NCBI GenBank assembly: GCA_043228905.1
Contig: JBHGNT010000003.1
Coordinates: 11,842,001 to 11,906,000 of the forward strand
Direction of reading: 5' to 3'
Source: Azolla caroliniana
Lineage: Eukaryota > Plantae > Polypodiophyta
Length of the DNA stretch: 64,000 nucleotides
A program made the position numbers and the translations under genes. How positions within the stretch are numbered: position 1 is the first letter of the stretch; every line of letters starts with the position of its first letter. Shown piece after piece: positions 35,321 to 48,265 of the stretch. Below the pieces are notes generated by a model. That model was not told the origin of the DNA. It made no database searches and saw only the letters and a list, made by a program, of their open reading frames with translations.

Positions 35321-38300
35321 TGTTGAGTGAGCAAGCTCAACCAGATCTGGATTGGCTCAATAAGCCAGAACCTGATCAGTATCCGGATGATATCCGGAAC
35401 CAGGAGCCGGATCGGAGAGCCGAATCGAATTGAAACCGGTAGCATAGTGTATGTGCATGTACCGGATGAGAAGCGGAGGAAGCTAGATCTGAAGTCAGAG
35501 AAATGCATCCAAATCGGTTACTCGCATGAGCAGAAGGTGTATAAGTGTTATAACCCCCGGACTAAGCAGGTTCGAGTAAACCGAGATGTCGAGTTTGATG
35601 AGTCGGCATCATGGTACTCTCTACCGACTCCAACCTCCGACTCCGACCCAATTCCGAAAGATGAGGCTAGTGAGCCCAAGGAGGTCCAAGTAGAAGATGA
35701 AGACTTCAATACTCTAGATGAGAGTCCGATCTCATTCCGGCTAAGTGGGCCAAATGGGCAGCTGAGTCGGGATGACCAGTCGGATGAAGAACCCGCGAGT
35801 AGTGGAGACTCTGCCATGGTTGCCCCATGCAAGGAACTGAGTAGATGGTTCACGTGCAAAGAGAAGGGGAAGAAGAAAATGTCGGAATACGATACCGACA
35901 GTGAAGGGTCGGATCGAAGCAAATCTAACCCCGGAAAGGAAGAAGGCAGATCAGATCTTCCGAAAGGAAGTCCGAACCAGCAAAGAAGGGCCTCAAACCC
36001 GCCAGAAGAACCTTGTCAAGAGGTACGGGTATAATGAGTACATGGCGCATCACTATGCGTACATGACTAAGGAGGCGGAAGTGCGTGACCCGGAGAGCTA
36101 CGTAGAAGCAGCAAAAGACACAAATTGGTGTGCTGCTATGGAGGAAGAAATGTGGGCACTTGATGCCAACGACACTTGGGATTGGGTTGACCCTCCCTAA
36201 TAGTGTAAACCGATCAGTTGTAAATGGGTATACAAGGTAAAGTACAATGCCGATGGTTCGGTCAACCGGTACAAGGCCCGATTAGTGGTGAAGGGATACG
36301 CAAAGACCCACGGAATCGACTGCGATGAGACCTTCGCTCCGGAAGCGAAGATGACGACAAGGGAATGGCATCTTCACCAAATGGACATGAAGAATGTGTT
36401 TCTTCAAGGTGACCTTGAAGAACGGGTCTATATGATTCAACCCCCCTTGATTCCAATCGGAGATGAACAAGTCGGTAGTATGCTGACTCAAGAAGTTGCT
36501 TTACGATCTTAAGCAAGCCTCCCGAGCTTGGAATGAGAAGATCACGCACCGGTTGCGTAAGATGGGGTTTGTGGCCTCAAAGTTCGACTTGTCACTGTTC
36601 ATCCGGAATAGTCCAGACGGTCCGGTTTGTATCCTGCTATATGTTGATGATTTAGTCATCACCGGTCCCGAACTCGTTGAAATCGGCAGATTGAAGTCCC
36701 AATTGTCAGACGCATTTGAAATGAAGGACATGGGGGACCTTCATTATTTTCTTGGGATCGAGGTGATCCGAACCCCCCATGGCGTATTGCTCTCACAAAG
36801 ACACTATGTGTTGAATATGTTGTACAAGTTCGACATGATGGACCGATCTCCACACCCCTAGACCGGAACCTGAAGCTACATCCCGCATCCGAACCGGCCT
36901 ACAATGAGAAACGATTTCGACAAATTGTCGGAAGCCTTATATACTTGACGATCACCCGACCCGACATCAGTTATCCAGTCGGGGTGATCAGTCAGTTCAT
37001 GCAGAAGCCAACCATCGAGCACCTTTAGTGCGCACACCGGATACTCCGGTATCTTAGCGGCACAAAGGACCGGGGATTGTTATACTGACATGGTATAGTT
37101 GGGAAGCTAGTCTGATATACCAATGCCGACTGGGTTGGTGATGCATCAGATCTCTAATCCACCTCCAGTTACATGATTTCTCTTGGTAGCTCGGTTGTTG
37201 CATGGAGGAGCAAAAAGCAGCCAACAATGGCTCTATCAAGCACTGAGGCTAAGTAACGGGGCGCTACCATTGCCACCTGTGAAGCCAACTGGCTTCGGTG
37301 TCTGCTGCGAGACCTCCAGATCGAGGTGCAGACCCCGATCTTGATTTACTGTGACAACATAAGCAGCATACTGCTCACCAAGAACCCTATATTCCATGTT
37401 CGGACAAAGCACATAGAAGTGCATTATCACTTTGTCCGTGAGCGGGTCTTGAGCGGTGAAGTAGAACTTCGATATGTTCACACAGATCGGTAGGTTGCCG
37501 ACATCTTCACCAAGCCGCTCGGATCAGACAAGTTGCAGCATTTCTCGAAGATGCTTGGCATTCAGCATCTCGACATCCCGCACTTGAGGGGGAGAACAGG
37601 AATGGGAACGGATGGCACCGGAGAGGAAGAAAGAACCAAGGGGGGAGATGAGCAGATAAAGGAAGCCGAGCCGACCAAAGGAGTCGGCACATCCGAAGAA
37701 GTCAGAGCAAACGGCGGCGGCGGTAGAGTCAAGAAGGACAAAGCCGACCGGAAGAAGGCCAAGACCCAGACATGGTCCAATGGGGTGAAGGGCCTAAAAA
37801 CGGAAGACGAGTTGGAGACTACCAACTCGGACAAAGAGCTGGAACGAATCAGAGGAAGCCGATTCGGTTCAACAGTTGGATTTGGAAGAGCTAGATCAAC
37901 TAAAGACCAAGCGGACGAGAAGGCAGCAGAAGTTGACACCGACACAGAGGAACCAATGGGTCGACAAGCGCTGGAGTCATAGCATCGAAGGATCTGAGAT
38001 GGGCCTACTAAGCAGACAAGCCCACCAAGGAGGTTGAGGAGCGCAGAACCGGACGGCTCGCGGGAAGCGGAACTAGACTAGACAAGGAGCGCGAGTAAGG
38101 ACGCCAAAAGGAGTCGGATGGAAGGACCGATTACCACACAAACTGACACCACGATCCGACCTCAAGTTGAGCTTGAGGGGGAGTGTTCAGCGAGCAAGCT
38201 CAACCGGATCCGGATCGGCTGAATAAGCCAGAGCCGAATCGGTATCCGGATGATATCCGAAACTAGGAGCCAGATCGGATTGAAATTGGTAGGCCGTTAG

Positions 38301-38607
38301 AGGCTTACAGATCCAGCCTAGTACGTAGGCATATTGTTGGGAGTCAGTGACAGTCACTCGTATGAGCAATTGAAGTACCTGTCAGTACTTTTGTCAGTCC
38401 TTTATGGACTTGTATAAAAGTGCTCTCTAAGCACATTCTATGTACATTGAGTTACAGAGTGTTATTTTTTAATTGAGTTTACGTTCTGCTCTCTCTTTGT
38501 CTCTCCTGCACATATTCTCTATGTCAAGCTTCCATTGAACCTTTCTCTCTACTGTTGCTATCCGGTAGAGCCGGTTTGTAATACGCTTCCACGCGTTCAC
38601 ATTTACA
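35321..38607 (+). mobile_element. Copia H (F-related), inserted antisense into F; deletion removes most of the 5' LTR through the integrase core
   Basis: TSD GCTTT; 5' LTR stub 35321-35442 matches the start of the 3' LTR 38184-38607; RT LLYVDDL and RNaseH remnants; PPT TTGAGGGGGAG. Confidence 0.9.
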
Positions 38608-39065
38608 GCTTTCTTTGCTCCATTTTTCTGGATGTCAAGGCCTTCAAACTCACTATCGAGGGAGTGAGTCGATTCGTTGTCGTCGCAATGCTTGTCTTCA
38701 TACTCCGGCATTTTCGCCTTCCCTTTGTCCAACTTCGGACTCGGCCGAGATGTGCTTTGGTCGCTCAGAGGTTCTTGTGGCCCACTAAGCCTTGTCATAA
38801 TCGGGCTTTCTTCGAACATGCGCGTGAGCCGATCTTCGGCTTCTATCTCTATTTTGGCGGATTCCGGGTCGAGCGGAATCAGAGTCAAAGTTGTCTCTGG
38901 TGTGTACCAAGATGCGGACTTGTCAAAAATGACGTCTCGACTTACTCAAGATTTTCAAGTTGAGGGGTTATAGCACTGGTACCCCTTTTGCTCTAGTGAG
39001 TATCCTACGAGGATACATTTCTCCAACTTTAGGTCGAGCTTTTGCCACTTCTCATCGGGGATGTG

Positions 39066-39329
39066 TGTCGTGTAATGGATGCGGAATAGATCATAGAAAA
39101 CGAACTACGCGTTGAAATACGAATCCCAAGAATGGCAGAAAAGACAAGATAAACAAGAGTGCACAGAGATTTACGTGGAAACCCTAAAGCAGGGAAAACC
39201 ACGGGAATAGATCTTCACTATAGACAGTGGATATACAATACAGAGAGGATTACAACACTCTTGCGAGTGGATCAGCCGCATAGGGCTCTTCGTTCTGTTG
39301 TTACACACACAGCTATGGCACGGCTCACG

Positions 39330-39365
<36 letters not shown>

Positions 39366-39756
39366 CCCTACAACTTCTGTTCTTTCGCTAACACACATAG
39401 TTTGCCCTAGTTGTATATATACTTACACAACTTTTTGTCTATTTACATATGTAGCCCTCATGGAGCGCACACTTAGACTATTTACAATTATAGTCTCCAG
39501 AGTTGGCTATATACACGTTTTTGGTTTCGGCCTCATCAACTTAGCTCCTCTCTCTCCCCATCCGGAGAGACATGTTTCCTAACATCATCATCATTATTAT
39601 TACTATAATAATAATAGTCGAATCTTCAAACAGTTGACTCACTGTTTTCGATTCTTCGACTGTCGGCTTTCCGAACAGTCGGATCTTCCATGTCATTGAC
39701 TGTCGGCTTTCCGATCAGTCGGTTCTTCCTCCCACTGGAGGGACATATTCCCAACA
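39066..39756 (-). mobile_element. Solo LTR (copia G-related family)
   Basis: TG...CA with perfect TSD ATGTG; shares the ACGTGGAAACCCTA...GGGAAAACCACGGGA block with G LTRs; interrupts the F integrase. Confidence 0.9.
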
Positions 39757-41318
39757 ATGTGCATGTACGCAATGGAGCCGAATATCCGAGCATGTGATAG
39801 GTCCGGCTTCTTTCCGAAAAACTTCTCATACGGAGTAAGTTCGTGCACACCCGATGTTGTACACCGATTGTTGAGGTATATGGCCATGTTAACCGCTTCT
39901 GCCCAATATGACTTCGGCAAGTGCTTTTCGTTCATCATGGCCCATGCTACTTCGAGGATGTGCCGATTCTTTCGTTCGACACTCCGTTTAGTTGTGGCGT
40001 ATGTCGACACGAAAACTCTCGCCAAATTCCTTCGTTCCGTAGAAAAGCCGAAAATTCACCGAAGAAGTACTCCTTGCCTTCATCCAACCGAAGACATCGT
40101 ACATGTCAGCCCGTGGCTTTCTCGACTTCATTCTTAAATTTTTGGAAGTGTCCAAACACTTTGCTCTTTTGCCGCATGGGGTAATCTAGGTGTGCCTAGA
40201 GAAGTCGTCGATGAAGGTCACGTAGTATCGGCATCCACCGAATGTAGCCGTCTGAGCCGGACCCCATACATCGGAATGAATTATGTCCAGTACGCCTTTG
40301 CTCACATTCTGCTCCTTTAGAAATGGGTGCCGATGTTGCTTGCCGAATTGGCAAGCGGCAAACATGCCTTCAATCTCTTTCTCCGTGAATGTTAGGAGCC
40401 CGATGACGACTCCTTTCGATTGCATTGCCTTGAGCTTTTGGAGGTTGATATGGCCAATCCGTTTGTGCCATAACTCTATGTCAGAATCGGCTTTGGTGCC
40501 CTTTGTGAACATGGCCGATTTCATCTCGTGCGAGTCAAGAATGAACATTCGGCCCTCTCTTCGTCCATGAGCAATGAGTCGGCCCTCTTTTTCGATAAAG
40601 CTACCGCCTTGATTAAATCGTACTTGCATCCCTTGCTCAACAATTTGGCCGACGGAACCAAATTCTTCGTAATGGTTAGTACATGCAAGATATTTTTAAT
40701 AAAATTTTGGTTACCTTCTTTGCCGAATGGGACATTGCTGATGTGTCGAATCGGATGCGTAGTGTCGTCTCTGGTTTCGACATAGCCGGGTCGGTCCGGC
40801 TCTCAAAGTTCTCAAAACCATTCTTGATGAGACGTCATTTGGTTCGAGGCACCGGAGTCGACGAAACATACGTCTTCCGGACTAGATGCATTATTCAAAG
40901 TAGAAGCTGACATAGAATTTGCTCTATCTCTCATCACGAACATCCCGCCATGGTCGTCATAGTCAGAGTTGGTGGTGTAATTGGTGAGTTGTCGGCTTCT
41001 GGAAGCCGACTCGCGTATCTTCTTACGGCATCCTTCTTCGTGGTGACCGATTTTTCCGCAATATCCGCATTCAACCGAGTTTTGACGGCTTGGACCGGAA
41101 TGGAAGCTCCCCCTTCTTCCGAAGGTTCATCGATGGCTTCCGTCTTGATGCCGAAATTGCGAGTTGTTTTCATAAGTCGAACCTCGTCTGCCTCGTCCTT
41201 GGCCGAATCGGCCTCTTCTTGCACGGCCGCGTCCTCTTCCTCCGTCCGAGTGTAAGTAAAGCATGTGGCCTTCCGAGGCGTTGCTCCTTGTTCGAACATG
41301 GTTTTCTTTGACTAACAA

Positions 41319-41773
41319 TATTATAGATCTTGGTACTAACGTAAGCTTAAGATAAGGATAATGAAAAGATAGATAGAAAGGAGAAAGAGAAAGAAGGGTG
41401 CCGATCCACCCGACCACCCCCGAGCGAAGGGATCGAGACGGACTCGAGCCTCGATCGGCGTCCCATACCACCGCCGTGGCGTCGAGTCGTACCTGGTGCT
41501 GGCGCGCTCGCTACAAGAGTTGACCCACCACACGAGCAGAGTCTCGATGTAGTCAAAAGATGATCAAATGAGGGTAGCTAGGCCTCTTATTTATAGCAAT
41601 ACCCAAGGCCCCCAGGCAAGTTCACACTTGACCTAATGGGTTGTCTCAATCCCGAGGATTAAAAGTAATCCTCCCCTTCTTTACACTCTCGTTTAACCCT
41701 CACACTTATCCACGTGTATAGAATACTACGGTAAATTCTTACCACGGGATATTATATGGTCATGCCCGTAACA
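41319..41773 (-). mobile_element. Solo LTR of the chromovirus K family
   Basis: 455 bp, reverse-complement match to 48266-48720; TSD AACAA; interrupts F gag (LQSMLLVKENHV is restored on removal). Confidence 0.92.
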
Positions 41774-43044
41774 AACAACATGGATTGAAGATCGAAGACG
41801 GAGGGCGGATTCTCCCGTGCTAGTACGGCGGTCCACATTGCGCCGAACCGTGGTGCAAGGCCGCCGAGGCATATTTGCCCCATCTCATCATCATCCATAT
41901 TGACTCTTATTGGGCCGAGCGAGTTACAAAGCTCCTTGATCTTCAAGGTGTAGCTTGTGATGGACATATCCCTTTGTTGGATGTTGTTCAACTCTTGGCG
42001 GAGTTGAAGCTTTCTCGCGGTTGTGTTGGCAGCAAAAATCTTTTGTAGATTCTCCCATGCTTCCTTTGGCATCTCGACATCTCGAATGGAGCCGAGCATG
42101 TGGTCGTGAACACATGTCGCCAAGCAATACATCACTCAGCTTGCCGCTTGCTCTCATGTTTCATAGTCGGCGTCTTTCGGGTCAGGTCGGTTTTCTTGTG
42201 CTCCCTTGATGTAACCCCAATAGCCTTGGCTGGCAAGGTATTGGTGCATTTTGTACTCCCAAGATGCGAAGTTGTTTCAGTCCAATTTCTCTCTAGGGAG
42301 AGCGCTCCCCATTTGAGTATTCATTGTTGATTAAGCTTCCTTTCTTCTTTTCCTTCTCTCTCGAACACGAGGTATGTAGTGGTACTACGATAGCGATGAG
42401 CCGATTCTTCTTGAACGTCGGTGTAGAGCACAACACATCACGATGAGGCGAGTGGGTTAGATCGAGCTACCAAATCGCTTTAATACCATGTCAAGAATCG
42501 ATGGTGATTCTTGTGCAACGGAATAGATGTGCGTTATGTGCGTATATGTGTGAGAGAAAAAAAGAGAGGAGAGAAAAGACAACTCAAAGTAGACAAATGA
42601 GAGGAAAATAGAATACTCAAGAAGGTGTATATTTCACAAGTAGAATAACAAGGAGTGACAACCGACTTGATATGAAGTATGAGGAGGGTGCTTTATATAT
42701 AGTCACCCTCTCCCTTCATTAACTAACTACAACAACCACTCTCTCTTGGGGAATGTGAAGACTCATAGTCATGGGGAATATGTAACTCATTAGTTATGTG
42801 TCATAGCATATGATTCTATGACACGTAGTTAATGTGTAGAGAGTAGTGGTGTGACTCTTGACCTTTGAGTAATCATAGATTCTCAAAAGGTGTGTTCACA
42901 CGTTGCACTATGTTGAGCTTGATTCTCAACAATGAATAACTTTGGAAACTTAGAGAGAAGACAAATAAAACTTAGATCCGCTTCTCCTTGGACCTCGTTT
43001 GAAATCATCATCTTTTTTCCCTTTAAAGTGATAATGTCATCTTC

Positions 43045-46000
43045 GCGGAAGATTATGTGATATGTGTGTGTATGTGTGTGAGAGGAAGAGAGAGAGGAAG
43101 ATACACTTATGAAGAAAACAAGATGGGAGATGATTAACTCTATATTAAATTAGCATTATCATCATCAAATACAAAAATACCCACAAAGAGGTATATATAC
43201 ATCTCATGTGCAAAGATGCACATGTGTGAGTAGAATATAGATACTAAGGTGTAAGTCCTATATTAAATGTACTTAGGAGTAGAAGATCTAGAATATCCCA
43301 CTTAAGTACAAGGTCCTATTTAAGGCGGTATAGTCAACACTCCTAACTAGATTCTATCTAGGTAACTACGAAGTTACATGGTTGACTAAATAACTAAACT
43401 AAGTTGAGCTTGATCTCTCAACACGCCCCCTCAAGCTCAAGTGTGAGGCGTCCGAAATCCGCTTTGGCTTTCGTCGGCTTCGTGTGCTTCCGTTCGGCCT
43501 TCAGCTTTCTTCGTCGTGGCAATTTCGGTTCCTCCCCCTCAAGCCGGTGACAAAGGCTTGTAGTGTGGGGGCGAAGGTCGACTACTTCCACCCATCGTGG
43601 GTTACGAACTGTTTCGGTGGAGCTCTTGGGCTCTTGTTCGGTTGCTACCTTCATCGCGAAGGCATAGTGATTGGCCATGTACTCGTTGTAGCCGAGCCGA
43701 GTGACGAGGTTCTTAGCTCTAGTTGAGTGTCGCAGTTTTTCCCTCGCCGATGTGAGCGCCTTCTTTGCTCCGGGTGTCTGCATGATGGATACACCAAACT
43801 CACTGTCTAGTGAGTGAGCCGACACATCCAAATCATTGTTGTCAAGGTGGTCGACTTCGTATTCGGGCATCTTACCTTTGCCATTCTCCAAGTTCAGACT
43901 TGGCCGTGATGTGCTTGGGTCGCGCGGAGGCTCTTGTGGCCCACTAGGCCTTGCCGTAATCGAACTTTCTTCAAACATGTGTTCAAAGTGATCTCCATCT
44001 TCTACCTCTTGTTCGGCGGATTCCGGATCGAGCGGAGTCAGAGTCGAAGTTGTCTCTGGGGCATACCAAGATGCAGACTCGTCGTAGACTACGTCTCGAC
44101 TTACCCGAACCACTCGGGTAGAAGGGTTGTAGCACTTGTATGCCTTCTTCTCGGACGACTATCCTATGAGGACACATTCCTCCAACTTCGCGCCAGGCTT
44201 CTATCGTTGTTTTTTCGGGATACGTACATTCACAATGCTTTCGAACACCTTGAGGTGTGACAAGGAGAACTAGTATGGACTTAGCTCATGCACTCCATTA
44301 GTGGTGCACCGGTTCATGAGATAGACGGTCGTGGATGCCGCGTCGGCCCAATAGAAGTTCGGCATGTGCTTCTCATGTAACATGGCCCGTACTACCTCGA
44401 GTATTTGCTGATTCTTCCTTTCGGCGACTCCATTTTTTGGGGGTGAGTGTCGGCATGAGAATTCTTTCCGAATGCCTTCACTTTGGAGGTAGGAGGTGAA
44501 TTCATCGGAGAAGTACTCTTTGCCTCCATCCAATCGTAGACATCGAATATGCCAACCGGTTTCTTTTTCGACTTGGCCCTTGAGCTTTTGGAAGTGGGAG
44601 AACACTTCCCTCTTCTTCGTCATCGGGAAGATCCACGCGTAGCGCGAGTAGTCGTGGATGAAGGTGACGTAGAATCGGCATCCGCCGATCGTCGGTGTTT
44701 GAGCCAGTCCCCATACATCTGAGTGTATGATGTCGAGGATGCCTTTGCTTGGGTAGCTCAGCTTCGGGAATGGGAGTCGATGTTGTTTGCCGAGTTGGCA
44801 TGCTTCGCACACTTGGTTGACTCATTTTGATTCAAAGGTCAGAAGTTTGATGACGATTCCCTTTGTTTGCATAGCTCGGAGCCGTTGGAGGTTTATGTGG
44901 CCGATTCTCTTGTGCCATAACTCGATATTTGTCTCAGTTTTGAGACCTTGGCATACATGGTCGATTTTACCTCGTTCGAATCGAGGATGAACATACGATC
45001 ATCTCTCCGTCCCTTGGCTATGAGTCAACCATCTTTCTTGATGACACAACCTTCGTTGTTGAAGCGAACTTGCATGCCTTGCTCCACGATTTGGCCGACC
45101 GAGACCAAATTCTTCATTATTGTGGGCACGTGCAAGACACTCTTGATGCAAGTTTGTTACCCTTCTTTCCCGAATGGGACATTGCCGATGTGCTGAATGG
45201 GATGTGTGGTGTCGTCTCCCGTCTCTATGAAGTCGGGTTGGTCCGGCGTTCGTAAGTCACAAAACCACTCTTGGTGTGACGTCATATGATGTGACGCGCC
45301 GGAATCAATGAACCACACGTGTTCCAAATTGGAGGTGCTTGCGGAGTCAGAGGCCATCATACAGTTCACTCTATGCCTCATTATGAATAGTCCTCCGTAG
45401 TCGTCGTATTCGGAGTTGGTGGTGTAATTCATGAGTTGTCAACTTGTCGAAGCCGACTCACTTCTTCTTTTTTGGCACTACTCCTCGCGGTGGCCGATTT
45501 TTCCGCAATAGTTGCAAGTTACGGGCCTCATTTGCCGACCTTGTTGAACATGGAAGCTCCCCCTTCTTCTGAAGGTTCCTCGATGGCTTCCGTGAAGGTT
45601 TGAGTTCCCTTCGTGTGATGGGCCGAATTGGCCTCTTCTACCATCGTGACCTCGTCCTCGGCCACCGTCCGAACTTGAGAAGAACATTTGTCCTTCCGAC
45701 GTCTTTGTCTTGGTTTGGACGTGGTTCTCTTCGACCAATAACATTGATTGGAGGTCGAAGAATGAAGGAGGGTTTTCTCTCACCAAGATTGTCGTCCATA
45801 ATGGATCGAATCGTTGTGCAAGGCCACCCATGCATACTTGAACCATCTCGTCTTCATCGACATTTATGTTGATGGAGCCAAGCGAGTCGGAAGTGCTCTT
45901 GATTTTGGCAGTGTAGTCCGACATGGACATATCTTTTTGCCAAATGTTGTTCAACTCTTGTCGGAGTTGAAGCTTTCGGGCGGTCATATTGGCAACGAAC

Positions 46001-46901
46001 ATCTTCTTCTAGTTCCCCCACTCCTCTTTAGGCTTCTTGGCGTCTCGAATGTGGCTAAACATGTGGTCATCGACACATGTTGCCAAGCAATACATGACTC
46101 GACTCGCCGCTTGCTCCCATGTTCCGTAGTCAGTGTTCTTTGAGTTGGGTCGATTTTCTTGTGCGTTGTTGATGTAGCTCCAATACCCTTGGCCGACAAG
46201 GTATTGGGTCATCTTGTACTCCCAAGATGAATAATTGCTCTAGTCTAGCTTTTCACTAGGGGGCGAGCTACCCATTTGTGTGTTCATTTTGATGTAGTGT
46301 CTTCCTTTTTCGATTTCCTTCCCTCGATCACATACTCGTGCTACGTAGCGGCACTACGGTAGCGGATAGCCGGAATTTTTCGTCGGTGTTTCAAACACAC
46401 AATTACGAAGAGGTGGATGGGCTTAGTGGATGTGCTAAACCACACACTCTGATACCATGTTAAGAATTAGGTAATTAAGCAAGGGTTAATTAGTACCTAA
46501 TTATGTGATTAAGTTAAGTGCGGAAGATTATGTGATATGTGTGTGTGTATGCATGAGAGGAAGAGAGAGAGGAAGATACACTTATGAACAACACAAGATG
46601 GGGGATGATTAACTCTATATTAAATTAGCATTATCATCATCAAATACAAAAATACCCACAAAGAGGTATATATACATATCATGTGCAAAGGTGCACATGT
46701 GTGAGTAGAATATAGGTACCAAGGTGTAAGTCCTATATTAAATGTACTTAGGAGTGGAGGATCTAGAATATCCCACTTAAGTACAAGGTCCTATTTAAGG
46801 TGTTATAGTAGTCAACACTCCTAACTAGATTCTATCTAGGTAAGTACAAAGTTACATGGTTGACTAAATAACTAAACTAAGTTGAGCTTGATCTCTCAAC
46901 A
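43045..46901 (-). mobile_element. Copia J (F-related), RT-less deletion derivative
   Basis: LTRs 43045-43423 (left end deleted) and 46458-46901; PBS TGGTATCAGAGT at 46446-46457. gag, PR (WFIDSGASHHMT) and INT are present, but the sequence jumps near 43580 from the pre-RT linker to the RNaseH tail. TSD not confirmable. Confidence 0.85.
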
Positions 46902-47460
46902 ATCATTTTCCCTAAGCATTCAACGAGTGGCTGGCCAAATGTTTCACAAACACAGCAACAATGAAGGTGCAAGCGGCATGATTGAACTTGCCGACACCGA
47001 ATCATCCTCGCATACATTAGTGGAAAGAGGGGAGGATTCGACAGCATTCTCCACATTGGAGGAAACGAAAAGTGATTATGGTTCATACAAAGATTTGTCC
47101 AACAGCCAAGTGTCCATTTTAACTACTGTTCCAATCACAGTTCTCCAAACGAGCATGTAGAAGCAACCTTGACACCACCAGCATTCGCAAAGACTTCACT
47201 ACAAACTCGAGCTCACGCAGTCAACCGATGTAAATACAATTTATTGAATACATCAACAGTGTCGGTATGAAATTTTGAGTCGAGAGAAGATAGAAGGCCG
47301 GAGGAAGACCGATTCCGGCCGGTAGACAGATTTCGACAAGAAGATAGGTATTGGCAAAATGACAGACCCCGGTATACGAAGAGATTTCAACCGGATGAGC
47401 ACTGGTGTGATCGTCGTGAGCTATACGAGAGGGATTACTCACCATAATATGATAGGGAAT

Positions 47461-48018
47461 TGTTATGGGCATGACCATATAATATCTCGTGGTGAGAATT
47501 TACCATAATATTCTAGACAACAAAAGAAACATTGGAACATGAGCTCTGAAACCAACTATTAGAGATATGATCTAATGTAAGCGTATGATAAGGAGAAAAG
47601 AATGATAGATAGATAGATAGATAGAAAGGAGAGAGAGAAAGAAGGGTGTCGATACACCCGACCACCCCCGAGCGAAGGGATCGAGACGGACTCAAGCCTC
47701 AATCGGCGTCCCATACCACCGTTGTGGCGTCGAGTCGTAACTGGTGCTAGCGCGCTCGCTACAAGAGTTGAAGCACCACGAAACAGAGTCGACATGTTCA
47801 AAAGATGATGAAATGATGGTAGCTAGGCCTCTTATTTATAACGATACCCAAGGCCCCCAGGCAAGTTCACACTTGGCCTAATGGGTTGTCTCAATCCCGA
47901 GGATTAAAAGTAATCCTCCCCTTCTTTACACTCTCGTTTAACCCTCACACTTATCCACGTGTATAGAATACTGCGGTAAATTCTCACCACGAGATATTAT
48001 ATGGTCATGCCCGTAACA
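47461..48018. mobile_element. K-family LTR-derived insertion with U3 ends at both termini (55-bp inverted repeats)
   Basis: 47461-47515 is a plus-strand LTR start; 47516-47556 is minus-strand leader plus PBS; 47557-48018 is a full minus-strand LTR. Flanks GGAAT/GGAAC. Confidence 0.8.
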
Positions 48019-48265
48019 GGAACGATGAGCCAACAAACGACCCTTCGGCAATAATAACCGACAGGGTTATGCTTATCATTGCTAGAATTATGATCAAAGG
48101 CTGTTTGAGGATAATTGGCAAGGGAATTGTAGATTCCCGCCGCAAGATAATAGAAGAGCTCCCGACGATAGGAGACGACCTCGAAATGCCAAGACATTCC
48201 AATTTACAATCCTCCAGTCAAGATGAGATGGCGCAGCCAACTTTTGGCCCACAACCTACAGTTAT

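Larger units (their letters stand above)
27713..42931 (-). mobile_element. Copia F (Ale/Retrofit-like), decayed, hosting four nested insertions
   Basis: LTRs 27713-28177 and 42489-42931; TSD ATGAG/ATGAA; degenerate iMet PBS just left of 42489; PPT 28178-28189. gag, PR, INT, RT (LYVDDL) and RH pieces are collinear on the minus strand once insertions are removed. Confidence 0.9.
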
